In this document: positions 47,578 through 56,876 of the stretch, piece by piece | Layout: each line of letters starts with the position of its first letter | How positions within the stretch are numbered: the first letter of the stretch is position 1 | Assembly (NCBI GenBank): GCA_963713545.1 | Contig: CAVQME010000001.1 | Span: 130,809 to 194,808, forward strand | Direction of reading: 5' to 3' | Length of the DNA: 64,000 nt | DNA from: an uncultured Actinomycetes bacterium | GTDB taxonomy: Bacteria; Actinomycetota; Thermoleophilia; RBG-16-64-13 | Notes under the pieces: model-generated | What the model saw: only the letters and a program-made list of their open reading frames with translations | The model's database searches: none | What the model was told of the DNA's origin: nothing | Made by a program: the position numbers and the translations under genes

Positions 47578-48684
47578 TCATGCCTCGTAAGGCGTGTACC
47601 CGATACCCACTCCCTCGGAGACCGATCGGTTCACCAGTTTGCCCTTGTGCACATTGAGCCCCTTGCGCAGAGGCACGTCGGCCTGTAGCGCCGCCTTGTA
47701 TCCCAGGTTGGCCAGCTTGGACACGTAGGGGAAGGTGGCGTTGGTAAGGGCGAAGGTGGAAGTACGAGAGACGCAGCCCGGCAGGTTGGCCACGCAGTAC
47801 ATGGTCACTCCATCGACCGTGAAGACCGGGTCCTCGTGGGTGGTGGGCACCGCCCCTTCCACGCAGCCGCCCTGGTCGATGGCCACGTCCACGATGACCG
47901 AGCCCTTCCTCATTTGGGCGATCATGTCCCTGGTGACCACCTTCTTGGCTTTGGCTCCGGGGATAAGCAGCCCGCCGATCACGAGATCGGCTCCCGCCAC
48001 AGCCTCCTCGATGTTGTAGACGTTGGAGGCCAGCACACTGAGACGCCCCTCGAGCACGTCGGCTAGATAGCGCAGCCGGTCCAGGTTGATGTCGAGGATG
48101 GTGACGTTGGCACCCATACCCAGAGCCACCTTGGCCGCGTTGATCCCGACCACGCCGCCTCCGATGATGGCCACGTTCGCGGGAGGCGTACCGGGTACCC
48201 CGGCGAGGAGCACTCCGCTGCCACCGTTCTCTTTTTCCAGCCAGTGGGCTCCCACCTGGATGGAGAGCTTGCCCGCTACCTCGCTCATGGGGGTGAGCAA
48301 GGGGAGAGAGCCGTTATCGAGCTGCACCGTCTCGTAGGCGATGCCGACGATCTCGCGCTCGAGCAAGGCCTGAGTGAGCTCCGGGGCGGGAGCCAAGTGC
48401 AGGTAGGTGAAGAGCACCTGGTCTTTTCTAAGGAGGGGATACTCCTGGGGCAGGGGCTCCTTCACCTTCACCACCATCTCTGCCTCGGCAAAGACGGCCT
48501 CGGCCGTGGGCCGGAGCTGAGCCCCGGCGCCGACGTACTGGGCGTCGGAGATGCCGGAGCCCTCTCCGGCCGAGGCCTGGATGATGACGGTGTGACCGTC
48601 CTCCACCAGGCTCCGCACTCCGGCAGGTACCAGCGCCACCCGGTACTCGTGGTTCTTCACTTCCTTGGGCACACCGACGATCAT
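47578..48684 (-). CDS. ald: alanine dehydrogenase
   Basis: The true start is MIVGVPKEVKNHEYRVALVP, preceded by GGAAGGGAAG. It has the Rossmann GxGxxG and is similar to AlaDH. The 91-codon N-terminal extension in the ORF track is rejected. Confidence 0.88.
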   Translation of the reverse strand: MIVGVPKEVKNHEYRVALVPAGVRSLVEDGHTVIIQASAGEGSGISDAQYVGAGAQLRPTAEAVFAEAEMVVKVKEPLPQEYPLLRKDQVLFTYLHLAPAPELTQALLEREIVGIAYETVQLDNGSLPLLTPMSEVAGKLSIQVGAHWLEKENGGSGVLLAGVPGTPPANVAIIGGGVVGINAAKVALGMGANVTILDINLDRLRYLADVLEGRLSVLASNVYNIEEAVAGADLVIGGLLIPGAKAKKVVTRDMIAQMRKGSVIVDVAIDQGGCVEGAVPTTHEDPVFTVDGVTMYCVANLPGCVSRTSTFALTNATFPYVSKLANLGYKAALQADVPLRKGLNVHKGKLVNRSVSEGVGIGYTPYEA

Positions 48685-48796
48685 GCTCTTCCCTTCCTTC
48701 TTGACCGATTCGACGGTAGCTGTAGCCGCGACGCTCCGGTCTCCACCAGTTCCCCCCGGATCGGGAGCGAGCTTCTGGCCCCCGACGCCCGGAGGC

Positions 48797-50677
48797 TCAG
48801 ACCACCAGCGACGGCTCGATGCCCAGGTCCGCGAGCGTCGCCGGCAGGGCACCTCCCGTCTGTGGATCCCAACCCATAGCCTCGAAGTACCGGTCACGTA
48901 GCGCCTCGAACGGGATCTCCTGTCCCGTCGCCGGTCCGACACTGAGCGGCACCTCAAATCTCCTCGGAAGCCGGAAATCGGCCGGGCTGACCCCCTCGCG
49001 GTAGTTGAAGGCCTGCCGCAGGGTGAGGATGCGTTTGCCCGCCCTCAGGGCTTCGCTCCAGTCCATGTCCCAACCCGTGACCGGCCGCAAGAGCTCCACC
49101 AACGGAGGAGTGTAGAACTGGCCGTAGAGGGCGCAGAGACCGGCCGAGCTAAGCAGCTGCATGTATGCCGCGCCGCGGGCGTAGATATCGCCCTTCTTGT
49201 CGTAGTCTCCGTACATCTCACCCGAATCGCCTGGCTGCAGAAGCGGGTCGGACCCCAGCGCAGCCCCCTGCTCGAGCACACCCATGGCCTGCGGTCCCAG
49301 ATGCTGGGCGGGCTGGGCGTCGCCGATGTAGAACGTGCCGCTGCTGGGGGCCATGCGAGGATCGTGATAGGGGACCGCCCGGCCGGCCACGGTCATCTCG
49401 TACTCCTCGCTGCCCCGGCCTATCTGCGCAGCCGCCACCTTGGCGCCGTCGGCCAGCGCCGCGCCCAGGCCTTCCCGTCTCGCCATCTGCCCGATCAAGG
49501 CGACCAGGGCCTCGGCGTTGCCCCAGTTGAGTTCCAAGCCCCCTATGTCTTTCGAATCGAGGAGACCGTTCTCATAGCATTCCATCGCGAAGGAGACACT
49601 GTTCCCCGCACCCATGGTGTCAAGCCCATAGCGATTGCAGATCTCATTCGCCCGGATGACCGCCTGCAGGTTGTCGTTGCGGCAGCAGGCTCCGAGGGCC
49701 GCGAGGGTCTCGTATTCCGGCCGGTGAAGCTCGTCCTGGCTGGCGAACGGGCCGTCGTCGATCTTTATGAGAGCGCCACAGCGGACCGGGCAGGTGCTAC
49801 AACCATAGGCCTTGAGCTTGAAGACGTCCATATTGGCGCTGTCGAGATTGTTGCAGGTGGGCAGAGCATCGGTGCCGGTGGAGGCCCAGTTGTCCGCGGG
49901 GCAGTCGCCGATGGACAGGAGGAAGCTCGTGCCCCCGCCTGTGCCGACGGCCGTGAGCCCTTGGTGGAAGGGGCTGTTCTTGAGGGCCTCGCCGTAGTCC
50001 TTGTGGACCAGTTTCAGCCCCGCTTTGTCGGCCACGCCGACGCGAGCGCCCTTGCCGGCGCGGATTGCGATGGCCTTGAGCTTCTTGGAGCCCATGACCG
50101 CTCCCACCCCGGAACGGGCGGCGATCCTGCCCTTTTCGTTCACGATCCCGGCAAGAAGGGAAAGCTGCTCGCCCGACGGGCCGATGCAGGAGATCTTCCA
50201 ATCGCCAGAGTCTCCCAGCGCGGCCTGCAACAAATCGTCGGTCTCATAGGTATCTTTGCCCCAGAGCTGCCCGGCATCCATGAGCCGCGCCTGCCCCGCG
50301 TCGATGACCAGGCAAACCGGGCGCTCGGCCGCACCGGTGAAAAAGACTCCGTCGTAACCCGCGGCCTTGAGTTCCGGTCCGAAATAGCCTCCAGAGTTGG
50401 AGTCGGCCCACGCTCCTGTGAGAGGTGATTTCGCGGTGACCGTGTATCTGCCCCCACCGTAGACCCCCGTCGCGGTGAGCGGTCCGGTGGTGAAGGCCAG
50501 CAGGTTGTCCGGTCCCAGAGGATCGATACCTGCCTTGGTCCGCTCCATCGTTATCCTGACGCCAAGACCGGTGCCGCCGATCCAAGCGCGATAGAAACCC
50601 TCATCGGGTACTTCTTCGCGAATGGTGCCGGAGGTCAGGTCGACGAAGAGCAGCTTTCCCGCGTACCCATAAGCCAT
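48797..50677 (-). CDS. tungsten-type aldehyde:ferredoxin oxidoreductase (AOR family)
   Basis: The true start is MAYGYAGKLLFVDLTSG, preceded by GGGAGGTG. It has the AOR N-domain plus the Cys ligands of the 4Fe-4S and pterin domains. The 52-codon N-terminal extension in the ORF track is rejected. Confidence 0.88.
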   Translation of the reverse strand: MAYGYAGKLLFVDLTSGTIREEVPDEGFYRAWIGGTGLGVRITMERTKAGIDPLGPDNLLAFTTGPLTATGVYGGGRYTVTAKSPLTGAWADSNSGGYFGPELKAAGYDGVFFTGAAERPVCLVIDAGQARLMDAGQLWGKDTYETDDLLQAALGDSGDWKISCIGPSGEQLSLLAGIVNEKGRIAARSGVGAVMGSKKLKAIAIRAGKGARVGVADKAGLKLVHKDYGEALKNSPFHQGLTAVGTGGGTSFLLSIGDCPADNWASTGTDALPTCNNLDSANMDVFKLKAYGCSTCPVRCGALIKIDDGPFASQDELHRPEYETLAALGACCRNDNLQAVIRANEICNRYGLDTMGAGNSVSFAMECYENGLLDSKDIGGLELNWGNAEALVALIGQMARREGLGAALADGAKVAAAQIGRGSEEYEMTVAGRAVPYHDPRMAPSSGTFYIGDAQPAQHLGPQAMGVLEQGAALGSDPLLQPGDSGEMYGDYDKKGDIYARGAAYMQLLSSAGLCALYGQFYTPPLVELLRPVTGWDMDWSEALRAGKRILTLRQAFNYREGVSPADFRLPRRFEVPLSVGPATGQEIPFEALRDRYFEAMGWDPQTGGALPATLADLGIEPSLVV

Positions 50678-50854
50678 CAGAGAGCACCTCCCATCTAAGA
50701 CAGTGAGCCTGCCTACCCCCAGGAACCCGTGATACGCCCTCATCCTAACTGTTCCGCGAGCGCCGCGCAAACGCAGTGAGTGGTCGCAGACGTCTTCCCA
50801 TGCCCGTGGCGGTCGAGAATCACGCTCCCACAAACGGTATTGTGCGTAACGTTG

Positions 50855-50876
50855 TGCATTATATCGATATCACTAA
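50855..50876. promoter_or_regulatory. perfect 10-bp palindrome ATATCGATAT in the divergent AOR / Mo-enzyme BCA promoter region (candidate operator)
   Basis: cattATATCGATATcact within the only AT-rich patch (50.84-50.90 kb) of the region. The half-site is the same as at 40946-40957. Confidence 0.3.
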
Positions 50877-50996
50877 ATGTGCTTGTATGCTACAATCGGT
50901 CTGATTCGATCCGCAAGCGCATTGGGAGATCCCCCTCGAGCGCGTCTCGAGGCGGGGAGCCGCAGACGACAGCCTAGTAGGGAACAGGAGGGGCCG

Positions 50997-51773
50997 ATGG
51001 CGAGATGGGGAATGGTTATCAACCTCGCGAAGTGCGTCCGGTGCCATGCGTGTGTGGCCGCGTGCCGGATCGAGCACTTCCTACCGCTTAGAGTGACCTG
51101 GCCGAGACTCATCGCCCTCGAGACGGACGACGGCATCACCGTCGACGTGACCACGTACCCGGTCAGATGCAACCAGTGCAAAGAGGCGCCGTGTGTCGAC
51201 GTCTGCCCTACCGAAGCATCCCACAAGCGCGAGGATGGAATCGTCGCCATCGATTCCGACAAGTGCTTCGGTTGCCGGTACTGCGTCATCGCCTGTCCGT
51301 ACCAGAACCGCACGTACCTCTCTCGCAAGAGGAATCCGAACTACTTCCCCGAGCACGCGATGACCAGCTTTGAGAAGAAGGGGAAAGAGCTCTATCCGCA
51401 CCAGGTGGGAACCACACAGAAGTGCAACTTCTGCATGGAGCGCATCGACGCCGGCCTCGAAAAGGGCTTGACGCCGGGCATCGACCGTGAGGCCACGCCG
51501 GCGTGCGTGAACATCTGCCAGGCAAGGGCCCTCACCTTCGGCGACCTCGAAGATCCCAACAGCGAGGTTGCCAAACTGATAAGAGAGAAGGCCGGCTTCG
51601 TGCTGCACTCCGAGTACGGCACCGAACCGTCCGTCTACTACATCGACTACAAGCTGGGCGGCGCCCCCTCGAACAAGGCGCCCGTCGAAGCTCAGACCGG
51701 CAGCCATATTCAGCACCTGAGTACCGTTTACTCTGTGTCCAAGCCAAAACTGGCCAAGAAGAACGCCGAATAG
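50997..51773 (+). CDS. 4Fe-4S ferredoxin subunit (PsrB/NrfC/TtrB-like) with no Tat signal
   Basis: The start is MARWGMVINLAKCVRCHACVAACRIEH, with GGAGG 6 nt upstream. It has four Cys clusters. The ORF-track start at 50877 lacks an RBS. Confidence 0.85.
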   Translation: MARWGMVINLAKCVRCHACVAACRIEHFLPLRVTWPRLIALETDDGITVDVTTYPVRCNQCKEAPCVDVCPTEASHKREDGIVAIDSDKCFGCRYCVIACPYQNRTYLSRKRNPNYFPEHAMTSFEKKGKELYPHQVGTTQKCNFCMERIDAGLEKGLTPGIDREATPACVNICQARALTFGDLEDPNSEVAKLIREKAGFVLHSEYGTEPSVYYIDYKLGGAPSNKAPVEAQTGSHIQHLSTVYSVSKPKLAKKNAE

Positions 51774-51792
51774 AGGAAGGAGGGGAAGCCAC

Positions 51793-52764
51793 ATGAATGC
51801 AAGAACAGCCCGCCAATGGATGGTCACCCATGAGTGGATGATCAAGCCCATGGCTCAGACCGAGTGGATCGAGGGCAAGGGTCTGCTCGTCTGGCTGGCA
51901 GAGGTCTTCTCGGCCCTCGGCACCGGTCTCTATCTCGTGTCGCTCTTCTTCGCCCTGCAGGAGGACTTCGCGGTCACCGCCTTCTGGGCCGGCATCTTCG
52001 GCTGGATCATGATCGCGATCTTCAAGCTGCCCCTGCACCTGGCCTACCTCGGGAAGCCCTTGCGCTTCTGGAGGAGCTTCCCACCGTTCAGCAACGCGTG
52101 GAGGACCTCCTGGTTCGCCCGGGGCATCGTCTTCACCATGATCTTCCTTGCCTTCGGGGTTCTGCAGTTGATAATGCAGGGTCTGATCGCTTACGACGTG
52201 ACCGATGGCTCGGGCGTCGTGGCAGCCAACTACGTCTTCATGGTGCTCGCGGGCGTCTTCTGCGTCATGACCTCTGTCTATTGCGGATTCGCCATGAGCT
52301 ACTGCAAGAGCGTGCCCTTCTGGAACACGGGTCTATTGCCTATCGTGTTCCTTCTCATGGGCATAGCCGACGGCCTGGCGCTGATCATGGGAGTGGGGCT
52401 GGTCACAGGCGAAGATGTCATACCGGCGGCGGAGTCGGCGACTCGGATCATGCTGATCATCAACTCCCTGCTCATCCTCAGCTATCTGGTCAATGCGAAC
52501 TATCAGTCGACCACGGCGGAGTTGTCGGTGAAAGAGCTAATCCGGGGAAAACTGGCCTGGGTATTTTGGCTGGGGATCGTCGCCCTGGGCATAGTGATCC
52601 CGTTCGTGATATCGATCGCCAGCTATTTCTCCGGCTCGGAGGCAACCGCCGGACTCCTCGTTTTTGCGATCATCTGCCATACGATCGGGGCGTTCTCCCT
52701 TAAGTACGGCGTACTCAAGGTCGGCATCTACAGGCCCCTCCTTCCGAAAGCCCACGCCTACTAG
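51793..52764 (+). CDS. NrfD/PsrC-family polytopic membrane anchor subunit
   Basis: 323 aa with ~8 predicted TM helices, between the FeS and catalytic subunit genes. Confidence 0.8.
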   Translation: MNARTARQWMVTHEWMIKPMAQTEWIEGKGLLVWLAEVFSALGTGLYLVSLFFALQEDFAVTAFWAGIFGWIMIAIFKLPLHLAYLGKPLRFWRSFPPFSNAWRTSWFARGIVFTMIFLAFGVLQLIMQGLIAYDVTDGSGVVAANYVFMVLAGVFCVMTSVYCGFAMSYCKSVPFWNTGLLPIVFLLMGIADGLALIMGVGLVTGEDVIPAAESATRIMLIINSLLILSYLVNANYQSTTAELSVKELIRGKLAWVFWLGIVALGIVIPFVISIASYFSGSEATAGLLVFAIICHTIGAFSLKYGVLKVGIYRPLLPKAHAY

Positions 52765-52793
52765 AGCACCAGCTTGGTGCCGAGGAGATATTG

Positions 52794-55013
52794 ATGGGAA
52801 AGAGAGAAATCGTTTATTCAACGTGTAAGAGCTGCCACGGCGGCTGCGGCGTCAAGGTGACCAAGGAAGACGGGGTCGTCGTCCATATCGAGGGCAACCC
52901 CAACTCCCTCACCGGGGGCACGATGTGCTCCAAGGGCCTCTCGAGCATCCAGCACATCGATAACCCCTACCGAATCAAGTACCCCATGAAGCAGGTGGGA
53001 AAGAAGGGAACGGGCAAGTGGAAGAGGATCTCGTGGGACGAGGCTCTCGACACGATCGCCGACAAGATGAAGGCCGCCATCGCCGACCCGGGGCCGCAGA
53101 CCATCGCCATCTCTCAGGGCACAGGGCGCGGGTACAACCGCTACACCATGCGGCTGGCGCGTTCCCTGGGCACCGGCAACGCCATCACGCCGGGCTACGT
53201 GTGCCACAGCCCCCGCCTGGGACTTTACGCTCTGGTCACCGGATACGGGCGGCTCTACTGTGACTACCACGGCTGGGGCGGCGAGTTCCCGAAGACCCAG
53301 ATCATGTGGGCGAAGCAGCTGGAGATCAGCAGCGCCGACTCCGAGATGGGCTACTGGTTCATGCGTTCCGTGGACTACTGCAAGAACCTCATCATCATCG
53401 ACCCCCGAGCCAGTGCCTATGCCACCCGGGCGAGCCTCTGGATACAGCCGCGCCCGGGCACCGACTGCGCCCTCGCTTTGGGCATGATGAACGTTATCGT
53501 CGAAGAGGAGCTCTGGGACAAGGAGTTCGTCGACAACTGGACCTACGGCTTCGACGAGCTGCGCGAGCGAGTCAAGGACTTCACCCCTGAGAAGGTCTCC
53601 GACATCTGCTGGATCCCCAAGGAGCAGGTCATCGAAGCCGCCCGGATGTGGGCCGTCGACACGCCCGGCTGCATCCAGGTCGGCAGCTCGCTCGAGCGGC
53701 AGGCCAACTGTGGCCACACCCTTCGAGCCATCACCTGCTTAATGGGGCTCGCCGGCAACATCGAGCGCCCGGGCAGCATGATCAGCTGGGTGCTCCCGGA
53801 CACCGGCCTCATCGAGGACTTCAACCTCGAACTGCCCATCACCGACGAGATGAAGGCGAACATCATCGGGGGCGACCGGTTCAAGATGGGCGCCACCCGC
53901 ACGTGCAACCCCGACACGATGGTCAAGAAGCTCCTTGCAGGCGATGCGCCCATCAAGGTGTGGTTCAGCGTCGGCGGGCAGCAGATCGTCCATATGGCCA
54001 ATACGAATGAGGTCGTTGCGGCCATCGAAAAGGTCGAGTTCATGTCGCACACCGATCTCTTCATGGGCCCGATGGCCGAAGCGGCCGACATCGTCCTCCC
54101 GGCCGCCCACTGGCTGGAACTTGACGACGTCTACGACATGCACCCGCGCTTCATGATCGAAGCTCACAACAAGGTGGTCGATCCGCCCGGGGAGGCCAAG
54201 TCCGACGCCTGGATCTTCAACGAGGTCGGGAGGCGAGTCGTGCCCGACAAGTGGTGGCCCACAGTCGAAGACATGCTCGACTACCAACTGAGAAGGGGCG
54301 AAGCCCCGGACGGCGGCCCGCTGAAGTGGAAGGACTTCAGCGAGAAGCTCGTGAGCGGCTGCTGGGGCCCCGATCAGGTGTATTACAAGTACAAGACCGA
54401 TTTCTGGAGAGAGGGCGGCGGCTTCCCCACCCCGTCCGGCAAGTTCGAGTTCAAGTCCCAGCACCTAGAGTCCCTCGGGTACGACGGGCTGCCGGTCTTC
54501 ACGGAACCGGGCGAGAGCCCCTACTCCACCCCCGAGTTGTTCAAGGAATACCCCATCGTGATGAGCAGCGGCTACCGCCAGCCGTTCTACTTCCTCGGGC
54601 AGTACCGCAACATCCCCTGGCTGCGTAGCTTCATGGAGTTCCCGACCTGCCAGCTCCACCCGGAGACAGCCGCGCTGTACGGCGTCGAGGACGGCGATAT
54701 CATCTGGATCGAGTCGCCACGCGGGAGGATCCGCCAGAAGCTGCGGACGTTCCCTGGTATCAAGAAGGACGTCCTCATGGCGACCGCCAACTGCTTCTAT
54801 CCGGAGGAACCTGCCGAGGGCTACCACGGGGTGTTCATCTCCAACCCGAACGTGCTCACCAGCAACGACCACCTCGATCCGATGTACGGCTCGCCAGACC
54901 TCACCTGCCTGATATGCAAGGTCTACAAGGCGAAGGACGAAGAGTTGCGGGAAGAGGTCTTTCGCAGTGAGGAGTACGGCTTCGTTCCAACCAGTATGAT
55001 GCAGGACGTCTAG
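52794..55013 (+). CDS. molybdopterin (bis-PGD) oxidoreductase catalytic subunit with an N-terminal 4Fe-4S Cys motif and no Tat signal
   Basis: ~739 aa. It begins MGKREIVYSTCKSCHGGCGVKV...GGTMCSKG (Cx2Cx3C...C) directly after the Met, so there is no room for a twin-arginine leader. GAGGAG sits 6 nt upstream of the ATG. TTG 52791 is an alternative start. Confidence 0.85.
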   Translation: MGKREIVYSTCKSCHGGCGVKVTKEDGVVVHIEGNPNSLTGGTMCSKGLSSIQHIDNPYRIKYPMKQVGKKGTGKWKRISWDEALDTIADKMKAAIADPGPQTIAISQGTGRGYNRYTMRLARSLGTGNAITPGYVCHSPRLGLYALVTGYGRLYCDYHGWGGEFPKTQIMWAKQLEISSADSEMGYWFMRSVDYCKNLIIIDPRASAYATRASLWIQPRPGTDCALALGMMNVIVEEELWDKEFVDNWTYGFDELRERVKDFTPEKVSDICWIPKEQVIEAARMWAVDTPGCIQVGSSLERQANCGHTLRAITCLMGLAGNIERPGSMISWVLPDTGLIEDFNLELPITDEMKANIIGGDRFKMGATRTCNPDTMVKKLLAGDAPIKVWFSVGGQQIVHMANTNEVVAAIEKVEFMSHTDLFMGPMAEAADIVLPAAHWLELDDVYDMHPRFMIEAHNKVVDPPGEAKSDAWIFNEVGRRVVPDKWWPTVEDMLDYQLRRGEAPDGGPLKWKDFSEKLVSGCWGPDQVYYKYKTDFWREGGGFPTPSGKFEFKSQHLESLGYDGLPVFTEPGESPYSTPELFKEYPIVMSSGYRQPFYFLGQYRNIPWLRSFMEFPTCQLHPETAALYGVEDGDIIWIESPRGRIRQKLRTFPGIKKDVLMATANCFYPEEPAEGYHGVFISNPNVLTSNDHLDPMYGSPDLTCLICKVYKAKDEELREEVFRSEEYGFVPTSMMQDV

Positions 55014-55063
55014 CCGAGGCCCAGCGGCGGACTGCCGCGGCCTCATGGTCTGGAAGACACGAA

Positions 55064-55101
55064 CCCCCGGGGCCGGCCCTGGCCGGCCCCGGGGGTTTTC
55101 T
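55064..55101 (+). terminator. rho-independent terminator after the third Mo-enzyme operon
   Basis: CCCCCGGGGCCGGCC-ct-GGCCGGCCCCGGGGG followed by TTTTCT. Confidence 0.7.
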
Positions 55102-55156
55102 ATTGCGCTCGGATCGGTCGCCGCTTCGGCACGACGCGGCTGTGGCTCCCCCCGCG

Positions 55157-55981
55157 CTATGGCTCCCTGTGCGAGTAGCCCAGGAAGGCGGAAAGAGAGG
55201 CGGCGGCGTTCTTCGTGGCCTGAACGAAGCGCGGCCTGTCCTCATCGCCGAACCGTCCGGTAGGGACGATGAGCGATATGGACGCGATCACCTTGCCCAG
55301 CTGGTCGCGCACGGGCGCGGCCACGGCGCAGGTGCCAAGGTTCCGTTCCTCAAGATCGAAAGCTATCCCCTCCCGCTTCACGTGCTCCAACTCGGCGGAC
55401 AGCGCTACCGAGTCGGTGATCGTGTGGGGCGTCGTCCTTGTACGTGGCTGAGCAAGGATCTCTACTTTCTCCGCCTCGGACTTGAAGGCGGCGAACACCT
55501 TGCCGTGAGCGTTGGCCGTGTCGCCGATGATACGGCCTTGAGCGACCTCCCTCCGGAACGGGCGGGCGGTATCGACGGTGTCGACGCTGACCGCCACACC
55601 GTCCACTTCCACCGCCAGGGTGGCCGACTCGCCTGTCTCCACCGCCAGGTCGCGCAAGTACGGTCGCGCGATGGCGACCAGTTCGGAGTAGGACTCCGCG
55701 ATATACGTGGTCGCCAGGAGCGCCGGGCCCAGATGATAGCGGCTGGTCACCGGATCGCGCACCAGATAGCTGGCCGCTTCCATGGTGCGGATCATGCGGT
55801 AGGCCGTCATCCTGGGAAGGCCGGCGCCCTCCGCGATCGCGTCCAGGGTCCACTCTCGGTTCTCGGCGTCGAACAGCCCCAGCACCGTGAGCCCTTTGGA
55901 CAGGGCCCGGACCAGAAAGGCGCCTTCCCCGGCGGTCGCCGGCTTCTCGTGAAGCTCAGAACTCACTCGTGGTCTTGGCAT
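55157..55981 (-). CDS. IclR-family transcriptional regulator (paralogue of 41052..41861)
   Basis: 274 aa. It shares an extensive identical block with IclR1 (ATLAVEVDG...VDTARPFRR...APVRDQLG.VIA.IS..VP.GRF). Confidence 0.88.
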   Translation of the reverse strand: MPRPRVSSELHEKPATAGEGAFLVRALSKGLTVLGLFDAENREWTLDAIAEGAGLPRMTAYRMIRTMEAASYLVRDPVTSRYHLGPALLATTYIAESYSELVAIARPYLRDLAVETGESATLAVEVDGVAVSVDTVDTARPFRREVAQGRIIGDTANAHGKVFAAFKSEAEKVEILAQPRTRTTPHTITDSVALSAELEHVKREGIAFDLEERNLGTCAVAAPVRDQLGKVIASISLIVPTGRFGDEDRPRFVQATKNAAASLSAFLGYSHREP

Positions 55982-56044
55982 AGTCGTTTCTCACCGGTGC
56001 TAGGCGCGACTGTTGCCTGCAGGCGAAGTCCCGGTCTCGAGAGA

Positions 56045-56818
56045 TCACGCAAACGCCGTCATCCCGCCGTCCGGATACAGGATCGTACCGGTCACGAAGT
56101 CTGACGCCTTAGATGCCAGGAAGATCGCGGGGCCGACCAGATCGGCGACGGTACCCATGCGGTTCATCGGGATGTTGACCAGCATCTTCTCGTAGCGGTC
56201 CGCTTCCCGCTTGACACGCTCCTCCGTCATGGGAGTGATGGTGATGACGGGAGCGATGGCGTTGACCAGCACCTTCTTCGACGCGAGCTCGACGGCCAAC
56301 TGCTTCGTGATCATGTCCACAGCACCCTTGCTGGCGCAGTAGGCAAGGTTGCCACCCAATGCCGCCCGCACCCCCCGGATGGACGAAAGGTTGATGATCT
56401 TGCCGCCCCCCTGCTCGACCATGTGAGCCGCGAAGTTCTTGCAGCAGATCATCACTCCCCGGACGTTCACGGCGAAGAGCCTGTCCCAGTCCTCCACCGG
56501 GAACTCGGTGGCAGGGGCCTTGACATTGAAGCCCTGGGCGTTGACAAGAATGTGGACACGACCCATGTCGGCCACCGTCTTCGCCACCAGCTCCTGGACG
56601 TTGCTCTCCTGTCCGGTATCGACCGAATAGGACCTGACAGTCTGGCCGGTAGCGGCTTCGATCCCCTTGACAGCGTTGTCCAGGCCGGTCAGGTTGACGT
56701 CGGCGATGGCCACCTGGGCGCCGTAGCGCACGAAACCTTCCGCGAGTCCGCTCCCGATACCACCGGCGCCGCCAACGATCACAGCGTTCTTGCCTGCCAA
56801 GGAGAACAGGTCGTCCAT
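56045..56818 (-). CDS. short-chain dehydrogenase/reductase (SDR)
   Basis: 257 aa. It has GKNAVIVGGAGGIGSG, NAQG, and the YxxxK active site (LAYCASKGA). Confidence 0.85.
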   Translation of the reverse strand: MDDLFSLAGKNAVIVGGAGGIGSGLAEGFVRYGAQVAIADVNLTGLDNAVKGIEAATGQTVRSYSVDTGQESNVQELVAKTVADMGRVHILVNAQGFNVKAPATEFPVEDWDRLFAVNVRGVMICCKNFAAHMVEQGGGKIINLSSIRGVRAALGGNLAYCASKGAVDMITKQLAVELASKKVLVNAIAPVITITPMTEERVKREADRYEKMLVNIPMNRMGTVADLVGPAIFLASKASDFVTGTILYPDGGMTAFA

Positions 56819-56876
56819 GAGAAGCCGTCCTTTCCTTTCAGCGTTTCCTGTCGGATCTGCCTGTGAGCCCAGGCCC

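Noticed and set aside
50877-50996. 5' extension of the FeS subunit ORF (MCLYATIGLIRSASALGDPPRARLEAGSRRRQPSREQEGP)
   Set aside because: There is no RBS. The RR here is not in a twin-arginine RRxFLK context, and no hydrophobic h-region follows. The GGAGG-preceded ATG at 50997 is the credible start.
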